Shown here piece by piece: positions 23,824 to 35,999 of a stretch of DNA of 64,000 nucleotides. Origin of the DNA: Raillietiella orientalis. Lineage: Eukaryota. The DNA is taken from positions 558,001 to 622,000 of the forward strand of contig JAYWIR010000001.1 of assembly GCA_036172245.1 (NCBI GenBank), in the 5' to 3' direction. The notes under the pieces are model-generated. The model was not told the DNA's origin. It was given only the letters and a program-made list of their open reading frames with translations, and made no database searches. Made by a program: the position numbers and the translations under genes. Each line of letters opens with the position of its first letter. The stretch's first letter is position 1.

Positions 23824-23834
23824 GTAATTCATCT

Positions 23835-24250
23835 CTTGGGATTTCTCCTTATCTCTCCCTCCTTGCCTCATTTTCCTCCTTATTTTTCCCTTCATCTTCC
23901 TTTCTCTTCCATCTCCCTTCTTCTTATCCTTCCCTCCCTCCTCCGCTTCCTCCTCCTTTGCTTCTGTTCCTTTCTTCCCCTTCCTTCTCCCTTCTCCCTT
24001 CTTCCTCCTCTTTCTCCTCCCTTCTCCCTTCTTCCTCCTCTTCCTCCCTTCTCCGTCTTCCTTCTTTCTTCTCCCTCTCATTTTTCTCTTCACTTCCTCC
24101 TTCTCCTCCCTTTTCTCCCTCTCTTCCTCCCTTTCTCTTCCCTTCTTCATCGACTTCTTTTCTTCCTCCTCTTCTTCTCTCCTCCTCTACCTTTCTTTTC
24201 CTCCTCTTTTCTTCTTCCTGATCCTTCCCTTCCTCCTCCTCCTCCTCCTC
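23835..24250. repeat. Long intronic polypyrimidine (CT-rich) tract; similar tracts at about 8125-8285, 22515-22690, 26400-26640, 34715-34805 and 42460-42625
   Basis: About 400 nt, almost only C/T on the + strand. Confidence 0.9.
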
Positions 24251-24769
24251 TTCGCTTGGCTTGGCTTGGCTGGCACATCAGCGCCCGTATATCCTAGCGT
24301 GCGGGGGAGGAGGTGAATTTTGGGCATCTCCGGCCCTCCGCCCGAGGCCGCGGTCGCTGTGGTCCAAACCCGAGCCCTGTAACTGGCGTGGGTCGCCCCC
24401 TCCCTTCGGTTCGGAACCGCTCCTACGCTTTCCTCCTGATCGCTGGCCTCGCTCCCGGGATCCTCTTGATCCGGGAACCCTGCACCCGTCGATCCGTGTC
24501 CGCCGCGACCCGGTGGCGTCCGCTGGGAAGCATCGTGACGTCGGAGGAGTTCAAGCCGCGCCGCGGGGAAAGCCGGCACCCCGGAGCGCGCCCACTTCGT
24601 CCGCGTGTCGGCCGGGGCGCTCGCGCGCCCCGGGTTGGCTGCCCGCAAAACTCGACGTGGATCCCGGACGCGCGGGCTGTCGCCGTAGAGCAGGGACGGC
24701 GGAATGGGCAGCTCGATGCTCCGTGTGTCACCATTGCCCTCTGCCACCGCGTCGGAGGCTCGGGGTTGT

Positions 24770-25560
24770 CGGGGTTTTGTGGTTAAGGCTTCCGCGCGTG
24801 GCAGTATGCGTCGCGGGATCGAATACTCCGGCAGAAACTGATGACGCCACTGCGTCGTTGGGTTCCGAGTTTCTCCTGCCAGATGGCGCTGGTTGACCTA
24901 AACATTCGGGTGTGGCACCGGTAGCGGTTAAAGCCGGAGGCCCCCGATGAAGGCCGGAATAATGGGAGTCGACCTTCGGGTCCTTCCAGGAATCAAGGAG
25001 TGGGGAGTTCCCCCTCCTGTCGTGCAACGGAGAGCGGACCCCCTCCACCGGGGGACCCCTTCGGTTTCAAGATGGAGCAGGATCATTCACGGGCACCTCT
25101 CCAGTTGTTCGAAGGAGTGGACTCCCCCCCCTGTTGCGGAGCTCCCTCCGAGTCGCCGCCTCTCCAGAGAGTGCAACGAAGCAAGAGAGAGCGATCCCCC
25201 TGCGGGAAGCTGCAGCGACCCTTCTGAGTTTCGGGAGCGTCCCTTCGGGGTTCTCTTCAGAGGAGTGAACAGGAGCGGTTCCCTTGAGGGTTCCCGTCGG
25301 AGAAGATGAAATGGAGGACCACCCCCTCCCGAGGGCGTCCCTCCGGAGAGAATGAGGAAGGAGATTCCCTTGGAGGTTCCCCTTCGGAGACAACCAGGGT
25401 GGGAGGTGCGATCCCCCCCCTCCCTGCGGGTGGATTCCTCCCCAAGCGTGAAAGGAACGAACTCCGAGCCCTTCCTGGATTCATAGGGCGGACCCCCATC
25501 CCGGGGTGCCCCTATTCTGAAGAATTACACGCACTCCCTGCAGGTGGCCGCAGGTGGAGT
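24770..25560 (+). mobile_element. tRNA-headed SINE-like element, long copy 2
   Basis: A-box-like TGGTTAAGG (24780) and B-box-like GGATCGAATAC (24816). Shares collinear blocks with 29040-29575: gggtcYttccaggaaYcaaggag, tcctggatKcatagggYgg, and ctgaag..tacacg..caggtggc. Confidence 0.65.
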
Positions 25561-26178
25561 GGTGTGGAAACAAAACAGTGTTAAAGAGCCACGTGCGCCG
25601 CGAGGCACGCAAGCGGCTCTTGAGGTACTTTGGGAACCAAAAAAAAAGGAAAACCCGAAGAAAAAAAAAGCTGGAAGGAAAAAACAGCGAAGACAGAAGA
25701 AAAAAGAAGAACCCGAGGAATGGGGGGCGTGAAAGGCGCCCTCTGCCTGCAGCTTGCTGCCGCACGTTAAGGCCGTGAAAGGCGCTTGAAAGGTCCCCCT
25801 CTCCCTCCGCCTTCGGAATGGAGGGAGAGGGGGACTTCAATCTGGTGGCGGCGGTGTTTCCTATGCGGCAACGAGCGCCGTCGACTGGCTCCAGCGTGTC
25901 TGCTACCTTTTCTCGCCGGCTCATCGCGGGGGCCTAGCGCGCTCCCTCCCCGTCTCCCGAGGCACCTCCCGGGTCTTCACCGATTCGCTGCGCTCTTGCG
26001 CGCGGGCGCAGGGCCTTCAGTACGCCGGTCTCCGTCCTCGCTCGGCGACCCTGGCCGCAGACGCTCCCCGAAAGGAGACGCCAGCGTCCACGCCGCCGCC
26101 CGGCAGGATTCCCGCTTCCGTTTCCCCGTCCCTCGGGAGAGAGGCTGCCCACCACTCATGCGGGTGGATCTGTTTCAG

Positions 26179-26269
26179 AGCGCATTGAAGACAACGCCGA
26201 CGAGTGGGTCGACCTGTCAGACAAGGAGGACCTGTCCGGGAGCAGCTGTGGCTACACGAGGAGCGAAAC
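26179..26269 (+). CDS. Probable internal N-terminal exon of the RhoGEF
   Basis: tgtttcag| acceptor and |gtaagt donor. Phase-1 entry gives (E)RIEDNADEWVDLSDKEDLSGSSCGYTRSE, in frame with the 23823 donor. Confidence 0.6.
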
Positions 26270-27019
26270 GTAAGTCCCCACGGGGGAACTATCGCCGCTG
26301 CCACGCTCCAAGAAGCCGCTGCGCCGGTGGGGTGTGTGCGGCGAAGACCGCTGTTAGCGCCAGATTTCGTGGCGGTCTTCCCGAAGCCTGCCTTTCCCAC
26401 CACCTCCTCCTCTTTCCATCCCTTCCTCCTCTTCTCATTTCTCTTCCTCCTCCTCGTCCCTTACCGCCCTTCTCATCGCTTCCTGCTCCCTTTTTCCTGT
26501 TCTCTTCCTCCTCGTTCTCCTCCTCCTCCTTCCTTCCTTCCTTTTTCCTCTTCTCTCCCCCCCCCCTCTCTTTTCGTCCTCTCTTCCTTCTTTTCCTCCT
26601 TTTTTCCCCCTCTCCTCCATTTCCTCTTTCCTTCCTCCTCCAGCAAGTTTCCACTTTCGTCGATGAACGCTTGCGGATCCGGAATCGACTGGAGTCAGTG
26701 TTGCCAGGGTCTTTCTTGCAGTCGCTCTACATGTCGGCTCCTCCTCTTTGGTGGCAGAGGGAGGCACCGTATGGGTCGTTCCAAATCGCTCAGGCGCGGC
26801 GCCCAGCTACCTCGCTACGGGTTTCCGGCGACTCGAACAGTGGCGCGAGGGCGGACAGGCGTCTCGTGACTCAGGCGGACGTGGTGCATCGCAAGCGGAA
26901 AGGCCTCCGTAGGCAGGCTTGCCGGCGGGACGTGCAGGCGCCGCTTTTGAGGCGGGGAGTTTTCCGACGCTTGTTCCTCCCGCGGACTTGTTTGTGACGA
27001 GTTGTCGAGGCAACGGACC

Positions 27020-28560
27020 GGGGGAGGGGAGGGGGCACTGCTACCAAATCCCTGCTGGCAATCGTCGCTGACCTGTTGTCGAAACTTGGAAACGAAAGGA
27101 AAACTCCAAGAGTCACGATTGTTCCGTCGCTGGACCAGCGAACGCTGTCGCCTGCGTCCGCGTCCGTTTCTGACAGATGACTGGGGTCTGCCGGATTCCA
27201 GAGACGTATCGCCTGCGTCCCACAGGGGACATCGAAGTTCTTCAGGACGTCGACCGGTTGCCCTCTTCCCAAAGGGTTTGCCTCGGTGGCAAGCCCTCTG
27301 GAGTCATCGGCATGAAGGTGGACACTCGAGCCCTCTCTTCCTTGAACTGGGGCTATCTCTGGGACCCCAGGGTGGAGAGGAGGTGACCCTCAGAGGCGCT
27401 TTGCTGCCTGCCTTCACGGGTCACGGAGCGCGCTTTTCCGAGCTCCGCGCGCGGCGCAGATCCCCCGCGACCGCGCGCGCAGGCCGGCTCGTGGGACGCC
27501 CGCGACCTTCGTGGTGACCTCTCGCGACCCACGGGAACGGACCGCCCTCTGTTTCCCGTGGCGGGACGGAGAGGGCACCTGGTTCCACCGCTGCTTTTCG
27601 CCCGAGGCAAAAAGCAGCGGTGGGGAACAGGCACTTTGGCTTCGTCATCCTAGGTCCCAAGGGTCACGCGACGTGAAATTGGCTGCCATCCTTGTCGTCA
27701 GCAGCAGCGCTCATGCTCTCTCGCGCGCCTCGCTCGAGGGCGTCTCCCGGCCCCGACCCCACTGCCTCCCGTCTCCGCTCCGGTGGTTCGTCCTAGAGAT
27801 TACCTGGCAGGTTTTGTGAATGGGCAGACTTGTGGCCGCCGCCGCGGGCAACGAAGACCACCGTTGCGATTTCGGTTTCGGTCTTGATCGCCGGCCGTCC
27901 TCAGCAGGTCACACGGAACCCCGTGCACCTCAAGGTCGCTCGCTCCGGGACGCGTCCCGCAAGGTTCCGTCGCCGCCGCCGCTCCCGCTCCCGGGATCTG
28001 CGCCCGCGTCGTTCGGAGGGCGTCCTCGGGCCCTTCGTCGGTCCGCGTTCGGGTGGACTCTGCGTGGGACCAAGGTGAGAAAGGCCACCTACGGACGTCC
28101 TCTGGAAAGCTCCTCATCCCGCTTCCAAGGAACTGGCTGCCCTGCTTCCGTCCACTCGTGTGGAATCCACGAGTCACTTTGGGGAAGAAGGAAGGGAAGG
28201 GAGAAGCGTGGACGCCACGGTAGAGAGGAAGCCCGCTTGGTGGTTAGAGAGATGCGGAAACATCGCCTCCCCCGAAGTGGTCCAGCGATTTTCGAAGTCT
28301 GTGCCCTCTCTCTCTTGGCTCTCCGGCCGGCAGGAGCTTCCGTGCTGGTAGACACCGCGGGTGGTCCATCTAGAGGAGGAAGTGCTCGTGCCTCTCCCGA
28401 CTTTCCTTGAGTACCCGCGTTGCTTAGAAGCAGCCGCGCGACGCTCGCAGGTCTCGGAGAAGATTCGGTCCGGAGAAATCTTCCTCCTCTCGCCCGAACG
28501 AGGGCCTTCGGTCCATCGCTCCTGGTTCCCAGCATCCGTCGGGTGTCTCTGCCTCGGTTT
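27020..28560 (-). mobile_element. Eroded LINE reverse transcriptase relic of about 1.5 kb
   Basis: Ordered degenerate motifs across frameshifts: SSPRPASVARLLLSN (SAPGPDGI), GEARALPPL (WKxAxVxP), SSCRPES (SYRPIS), LSNHQAGFL..ST (QxGFR..ST), FPEDVRR..FSPWSH (FLDxxKAFDxVxH), HGVP (GVPQG), possible AADD (YADD), VTLGVFLSFP (LGAFxSSP). Confidence 0.7.
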
Positions 28561-29039
28561 CCTGGTTACGGAAACCAGGCAGTGGACCGTCGGTGAATTC
28601 TTCTGCGGTTTCCTTCCGAAAGCTGGAGGAAGGGGGTGCTGCTGCAGCACGTCCGCTGGCCATCAGGTCGTCTTGATGACCGGCGTCGTGTCCTCCTCCC
28701 TGCCTGCGGCACGCGCCGAAGCTCCTTACGGAAGCCCCCTGCCCCCCCCCCCCTTCCAGGGTCTACCCGTTTTTTCGCCAGTTCCCGAGGGCTCTCCGAC
28801 CGGGCCCTGCGAGCGGTTGCTGCGGCGACCGCTCTGCATTCCCGACCGCTGGGGAATTCCGGTCTCCTTCCAAGGGCGAAGGAGGAAAATGCGGTGACGC
28901 GCGACCCGGCTGCCCTTTTCAGACCGAGAGAGGAACGCTGAGCGCTGGTCGGACGAGTGACTGAAAAATGGTTCCTGCAGCGAGCGCCGACTCGCCTCCC
29001 CGGTACCGTTTGACCAGGGAGTGCACGCGGCCCGCCTCG

Positions 29040-29575
29040 GCTGCCGCACGGGGGCTGCGGAGACCTCCGCCGGCGTGGCGCCGGTTCGAAATCCGCTCGG
29101 GAGGGAATGGCCGACGCTGACAAATGGGGGGAGGGACCGTTGTCGTGGGTTTCGGGTCCTTCCCAGCAGGGTGACTCTGGTTGGCTCCTGTTTGCTTCCG
29201 GTGCGGCATCGCTGGAAGCCGGATGCTCCCGTTGACCGATCGGGATCGGGAGTTGACTCATCCGGGGTCTTTCCAGGAACCAAGGAGCCCTCCGGGGTTC
29301 TTTTCCGATTGCAACGATGGAGCCGGTCGATACCCACATCGGGGATCGCCTCTCCAGAGTGCCACAAGCTTGCTGCTCCCTTCCGGGTTCCCTTCGAAAG
29401 AGGAAACCAGAGTATCCTTCCCAAGTTCCCTTCAGGAAGAAAACGAGGGGTGGCACTTCCTGGGGGGTCTTTCCGAAAAGAACAAGGGAGGAGCCTTCCT
29501 GGATGCATAGGGTGGTCCCTACGGGCTTTCCCCCCTAACCTGAAGGGCTACACGTTCCTCCTCAGGTGGCGTGTA
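29040..29575 (+). mobile_element. tRNA-headed SINE-like element, copy 3
   Basis: B-box GGTTCGAAATCC at 29083-29094; collinear similarity to copies 1 and 2. Confidence 0.65.
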
Positions 29576-29939
29576 CAGCGTGCTTCGAAAGCTTCGTAAC
29601 CCCTTGCCCTGAGGGAGCGGGCGGTCTTCGAAAACCCAGAAAGGAAAGAAGGTGCGCGCCTTAGCAGAAGTGGGTGCCCCCCCCCCGCGTGCGCCTTCCA
29701 ACCACGCATCAGCGCGCCTCGCCTCGGCCCGGTCGCCTGCGGTGGCCGGTGGGGTCGCGAAGTCAGCCCGAGCAGAGGGAATTCACGGGGTTTGTTCTGA
29801 TCCCAAGGTTTCTTCCCGGACGCGGGTCTATCGATCCCTAACCGCGGCCGAGCGCTTCCCTCGGGAACCCCCCCGCTGCGGCTCCTCATCCCGGTGCGCG
29901 CCGCAGGGTTCCACGCGTTCCCCACTTCCAGAGGGAGGC

Positions 29940-30160
29940 GAGTTTCCGTGTGCTCCCGGCAGCAGGTAGAGCAAACGCCGAGCGCGCGCGGGCGACGACG
30001 TCCTGGGAGCGCCCCGACGGTCGAGACAGCATGACCAACCTCCATGATCCTTCCTCGCTCACCCGATAACAAAGAAAGTCAGTCGTTTCGTGGAGCTTGT
30101 GCTCGCGGCACGGTCGACACTCCACCCCTTCGCCCACCCCCTTTTCTCTGGTTTCTTTTC
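29940..30160 (+). repeat. Dispersed repeat, copy A (about 225 bp)
   Basis: Aligns by eye with 35749-35975, including a 39-bp identical core gacagcatgaccaacctccatgatccttcctcgctcacc (30025-30063). Confidence 0.9.
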
Positions 30161-30299
30161 TCTGGTTTTGGAAAAGCCGGTCTCCTCCGGGACGTCCCGG
30201 TTTCCCGTCGGCACGGGAGCCGAGCGCGTCCCGCCAACGAGCGCGCAGCAGGAGTCCACGTTCAGGGTCCTCCGGAGCGAAGGTTGGAATGACTGGGGA

Positions 30300-30750
30300 C
30301 GAGGAGTCAAAGGGAGGGCGATTCCTCATGGAGGTGGACATTTCGGAGACGTCCGTCGCGGGCTGAGCGCGCCGTTTGCGATCCGCAGCCTGGAGTCATG
30401 GATTGAGGTGACCGCGTGCTCATGCCGGGCGCAACAGCGGTCGCCACGAGCTTGAGACATCTTGCACTTCAGGTGGAAGGGTGGCGGACATCCTGTGGAC
30501 CACAGTCCACCACGGCGATCGCCTTTTCCTGTTCGCTTTCGCGCAACCTCAGCGAGCCGCTTCTGCGCCGCTGACACCCTCGAGCGGAGGGTCTCTTCTT
30601 CCGCGCTGGGTCGAATCTCGCTGGTCCTGATCCGGGAGTTCCCTCCGGCTGCCAAGTGACTCTTACGCGGGCTCGTGACGTGGCGAATGCAGATTGGCTT
30701 GGTAGGCTCGTTGCCACCCCGGGCGCACCGTTTCTTTCCGTCCTGGATCC
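30300..30750 (+). mobile_element. Eroded LINE RT relic (domains 3-5)
   Basis: LMEVDISETS (LDISKAFD), RVSSSALGRISLVLIREFP (GVPQGSxLGPxLFxxxIxDxP) and VANADW (YADD) occur in order. Confidence 0.45.
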
Positions 30751-33549
30751 CCCACCGCTCGCTGCACGCCTGGGCGCGTGGTCGCCCCGCAACGACCAGC
30801 TTTCCGAATACATGAGAACTCCGAGACAAACAGCCTTCACCATCGCCTTCGTTCGTTCGTGACCTTGAGCGTGGTGTACCCACCCGATTCAGCTCAACTC
30901 ATCTATCTCTAGTGGTCGAAGATGTTTCCGGTGCGATGGCCCCCAGATTTCCATTTCTTTCTTTGTGAGTCGTACGTAAAGGCGAATTCGAAACTGCATT
31001 CCTTGAAATTTGGCAATGCTGTGTTATCTTTTGGCTTCCTTTGTTTTTCAAGGTGAATTCGAATTCTTTTTTTCCTTTTCCCTTTTTTTTTTCTTCGATG
31101 CAGTGAATTCGATCTCTATCTGGTCACCTTTTTCCTTAGAGGTGGAAGATACACATCCGCCACGTATCTTGCTTCGGATTGGCATCTTTTGCTGACGGAT
31201 TCTCCTTGTTTCGTGTTGGGCACTGTCTGTGACCATCTTGTAGCGACAACAACAAAAAAAAAAAAAGAAGAAGAAGAAGGAAGAAAAAACGTCTGTGTGT
31301 TGCAAGGGCTTGCGTTTCGAGCCGGATCTCATCTATGTAAATCTCGTTTCGCTGAAGGCGGAAACGATAAGAACTGTTGGAGGTGGAGCAAAATGGCCAG
31401 CGATAAACGGTGCGCCGTCGGATCGGAGTCATCGGATAAGAAACAAATTGATTTTCGAGCTCGATAGTTTCATCCGAGAAGCAAGAAATCCTTGCAGAGC
31501 TTCCGAAGTGTTTTGCAAATGGAAAAGAGAAAGCCGGTGGAGAAGTCGCCTCCACGACCACGGATCTCGCGTGTCTTTTGCGCTTGTGCTGCTCCCCGCG
31601 AATGCGCGGGGAGCAAACAAACAAACGCTCAAGGAACGCTTGAATGGAAATTTTCCAACTCCCGAAAGTATTTGGGATTTCTTGCATTCGATAACATCTC
31701 CAAGAAACACATTTGCTTCTTCCACTGGAGCAGGGAGGCGAGCGCGTGCTCTCTCCCTCGAGAGGGAGAGAGCGAGGAATCGAAAATGCGTGCAAAATTT
31801 CTTAGCAAAAATCAGGATAAGTGACAGTAGAGGTTATAAAGGATCGTGGTATTTTTAGAACCAATGTTTTCTGGTGGCGAATTCGTTTCCGCAGTGTCGT
31901 TTTTTCCTTGGTACTGCAGCAGGTCGAAACACTCTTCGAATGAAGGAGTTCGTTCCGAAAAAAAGGAACGTGGGGACGATTGGATAGGGAGCGTACGCTA
32001 GTTGTCACCCCATCTTGAAATTCGTGAACAGTAAGTACAATTAATCTGCTTGCCAGACCTGTGCGAGTGCGGCACTCTCCCCCTCCCCCCCCCCCGAGTG
32101 CATTGTTGCCAGGCAGCGATGCGTGGGCCCGCGCGAAGCCTAGCCAACAATGGTGGAAGCGATCGCATACGCCGTGCGGTTCACTCGTCGTCCTGGTTAC
32201 GGAACGGGGCCTACGCTCTCGGTGCTACCCCCAGTTTCCCCCAGCGGAAGAAGCTCGACGCGATCTTCCTGTCGTGCTCCACGCTTGGGGTGAAAAAAAA
32301 AATTGACTGGCATTAGGCTAACGGGAGTGGGGGGAATGGGGGGGTTCAAAAAAAAGGAAACGCCTGGAATACTGGGATGTTTCAGATGTTACCCACTGAA
32401 AAGAATTTGTACCTCCCTGCATGTTTTTTTCCCACCTCATAAGCTCTTTTTTTTTCCTTCTTTTTTCCCCTACTCGTTTGTCGCTTCTTGACACTGGAGA
32501 TGATGGGCAGTGCACGCTTCTTCTTTGAAAGGTGGATGCGCTACCTTCTCTCGTAAATTCTTCACTTCTAAGCTCCTGGAAAGCCTCATGTTCCGGATTG
32601 TTGAATCTTATGTCCTCTGAACCCACCATGTTGTTCCCGTTGATCTCTTCTTAACCTAAAGTTGTAATCAGAATTTGCACTGGTGGAAAAATTAGTTCCT
32701 AAGAGTTTTTATTCTCTCTCTCTCCCCTTAAAGAGCGGGAAGCAGACGTCTTCCGAAGAGAATTCCTTCCAGCAAACTTCAAAAATTTTCTCTCCAAGGT
32801 AGCTGTCATCGCTTCAGAAGAAACCAAGCAGGTAAGACACTCTTTGTTTCTCTGTGGGACCGGTGCGTGACCGCTGGTGGGAAGAAAAGCTCTCTGTCGC
32901 CGCTTACGCAGATCCGATCGGTCGGAATTTGCTCCCTGCTCCACCCGCACGTCTCATGGAACGAGAGCGTTGCTTCGGGACCCAGCTGTTGTTGTTCTCC
33001 CAACCCTGATAGGGACACCGTCCGAACAGGAGATGAGGTTCTCCCCTCGTGATTTCGAGGTGTGTACCTTGAGGGCTCCAGTAAAAGACACGCGAATCTG
33101 CACGGGTGGTGAACCGACGCTCCCATCGAGCGGTGGAACCCGCAGCCACTTCGCAGGGAGTCCTCCGAGCTGGCTTTCCGGGGCAGCCCGGAGGTCGAAG
33201 GCAAAGCGATCCGCGAGGCGATTCTGCTCCAACGCCATCTTTCATGCCCCCGCCTCCCCGTGGCCTTCGGTGTCGCGGCCGCCGTTCGTCGCCCACTGCT
33301 GCCTTCGTTCGGGTGAAAAATTCTGAGCGTTTCGCGGCCACTCCCTCTGCGCTCGTGGGCGCGCGCAAAGCGTATCTCTGGAAAACCTCACATTCGGGAC
33401 GGATGGCACCCACGCCTCGAGCAGCAGCTCTCCGAAGGGCGTTGGTGGGGTCCGCGGAACGGGAGTTCTTCTCTGACGCTCCGGGATGCCAGCAGGGGAA
33501 ACCCAGGGGAAGACAAAACGCAAGAAAGCCTTCATCTCGGAAAGGCCTC

Positions 33550-34560
33550 TTCTCCCCCGTCCGCGCTGACGACGGCCGCTCCCTGGAGACAAGAGCCAGC
33601 ACGAAAGGTCCTTCCTTCCTTCATCGTGCGCCATCTCCAATGCTCCCTGCCTTGCAGGGCGCTGTCCTTCCCGCTGTCCCCCTTTGCGATTCTCTGCCAC
33701 CGACCTTCCGGTTTCCCTGCTCCAAAAGTCCCGCGCGGCAGAGGTAGGGTTCCTCTTTTGCCTCCTTGGACATCGGAAGATGGAAGCAGGGAGGTGAAGC
33801 ACGGCGGCACAACATAGTCCGAACGGGCGGTAACTTCCGGACAGTGGCCCCCGTCGCTTTTCCGGAAGCGGGAGTGACAGGTAGCCAGGACAAGTTGCAT
33901 TGTCCGCAATCCCAAGTGGGGCCCGGAACCTTCTACCCCGAACCGTTTTCAAGGATCGTTCTGGGAGGAGGGCGCCCGTGCGCATCCCGGGTCTGGCAGC
34001 GGACACGCGCGACTCACGTTCGTCCGGACCAGATGATTGCTTGCGGGAGTCCCTCTCTTGCTTTCGTCGGGGCAAGGCCTCTCTCCCCTCCCTCTCCTTC
34101 CTCGCCCTCCCGCCGCCGGAAGTTCACTCGCAACCCCGCGGCCGCCGCTGCGGCCGGCCCCGTCCAACGGCGCCTGTCGCCGCCCTGAGTTCCCCCCATT
34201 TCCGTTCTTCCTGCGCCGTTCTCTTTCCGCTTTCCCTTCCTCGATCCTTCCCTTCCCATTCCTTTGCTTAGGGAAGAGCCAAGGCTCTGGTAACCAAACC
34301 TTCGGGTCTGGAGGATGCTATAGCTCCAGCCTTTGCCTGTTCTTCCATCGCCTCCGCCTGTCGAAGGCTCGCCTGTTCCCCTTGGATTGCGCATTCCGGG
34401 ATTGCTGGGAGAGACCTCCTCCCCATGGTACTCTCGGTTGCCTTCCGGGACGGGGGGGAGGAGGGGGAAGCCTGCGTTCTCCTGATGCCCTCCCTCGCGC
34501 GGGGTTCGAGAACGGCGCATCTCCGCCCGCAGCGACATGAGCCTCCCGCTGAGACGCCTC
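33550..34560 (+). mobile_element. Eroded LINE RNase H plus C-terminal relic
   Basis: KLHCPQSQVGPGT (LQWIPSHVGIxGN) is followed about 400 nt later by LFFHRLRLSKA (LLHRLRLGxA), typical of I-group ORF2 ends. Confidence 0.5.
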
Positions 34561-35748
34561 CTGGTTTGCGCGCACGTGCCGTGTTCCTCCGAGGGCTCGT
34601 TTCCTGCGCACGTGTCGCGCGCTCCGTCTGCTGACGACGCAGAACAGCAGTTGAGGCACCTCGCCAGCAGGAAGACGTACTCCCGGACTTTCCCCTCTAG
34701 GATGGATTCGGACTTTTCTTCCTTCTTCTCCACCACCCTTCTTCCTCCTCCTCCACCTTTTCCTCTTCCTCCCTTCCATTTCCTCTTCTTCCCGTCCTTT
34801 TCCTCATGTCGCTTGCCCGTGCTCCGAGGGCAGAGCGGGACCGTCCAGGAATAGGGATGCGGCGTTTCCTTCCAGGGTGCGCGCTTCACCTTGGCCTCTC
34901 CCCGTCTTGCACAGGCACCGGCCCTTCATCCCGGGAATCGGGGAGGGCCCTCCCTTTCCCTCACCCCGCACCACCGCGCGCGTGCTTCGCCGCCCCCGCC
35001 GTCGCCGCATTGCAGCTCCTCCTGAGAAAGTTTCCTTTCGCTCCGTGCGCGATTGGCGGGCGGCCGGCCGGCCTACTTGCCTGCCCGCGCCTCATGCTGC
35101 TGCCCTCGCGCATCTGCGTGTCTTCTCTCCCCCCCCCCCCCACGCACACATTCTGCCGTCGGTTGGTCCTCACAAAAGCATTCGCGGCCGAGGGAGAAGG
35201 GAAGGTCCCACCCGGGCGATTTTGGGCTGCTCTCCGCAGAGCAGGATGCTGCTTCCGGGAAGTCGACTGGGCGCCGGAAACCTACTCACCTCGCTCGCTC
35301 GTGAGTCTCGGATGGAGCGAAGCTGCTGTCTCCTCTCGCGGCACAAGCGGGAGGAGAAAGGGGGGGATGGATGCGGGGATGTGAGGCGGCAGGGTCATTT
35401 CCGGTCCTTCCGCCTAGGGCGCCGCATCGCGGGCGGAAAGGTTGCGCTCTCTGACGCCCTCGCGAGCGCACGCCGCTCTCCGCTTTCCTTTCCCAGAGGG
35501 GTCGGAAAGGGTCGGCGCGCAGGCCCCAGGGGGAAGCCGCTTCCGAGGGTGGTCGCGTCCGCACGCCCGCGCGCGCGGCGGACGAGAGAGCGCAGTCCCT
35601 CGCGGGAGGCTGGCGGCCGGACCGCTCGGGCGCGGTGAAAGTGACGGCGTGGCATGGCGTGGCGGGCGGACGGAAAACGCGGGAGTCGCCGGGCGTTCCG
35701 CAGCGGAGGCGCAGCTCTCCGGGAGCGTTGCGCGGCGAAGAGGCCCGA

Positions 35749-35975
35749 GAGTTTCCGTGTGCCCCTGGCAGCGGGCGGAGCGGACGCCGAGCGCGCGCGG
35801 GCGACGACGCCCAGGGAGCGCTCCGACGGCCGGGACAGCATGACCAACCTCCATGATCCTTCCTCGCTCACCTGATCACAAAGGTCAGTCGCTTCGTGGA
35901 GCTTGTGCGCGCGGCGCAGTCGACATCCCATCCCATTCGTCCCCCTCATCCCACCCCCTTTTCTCTGGTTTGTTT
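35749..35975 (+). repeat. Dispersed repeat, copy B
   Basis: Direct-orientation homolog of 29940-30160; identical core at 35834-35872. Confidence 0.9.
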
Positions 35976-35999
35976 TCCTTCTAGTTTGGATAACCTCCA

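Noticed and set aside
24830..24870. Hammerhead ribozyme (CTGATGA followed by a hairpin)
   Set aside because: No GAAA after the putative stem II, and no stems I/III.
27170..27390. DIRS-type methyltransferase remnant on the + strand (WGLP...VD...W)
   Set aside because: Weak match; the minus-strand LINE RT reading explains the region with more ordered motifs.
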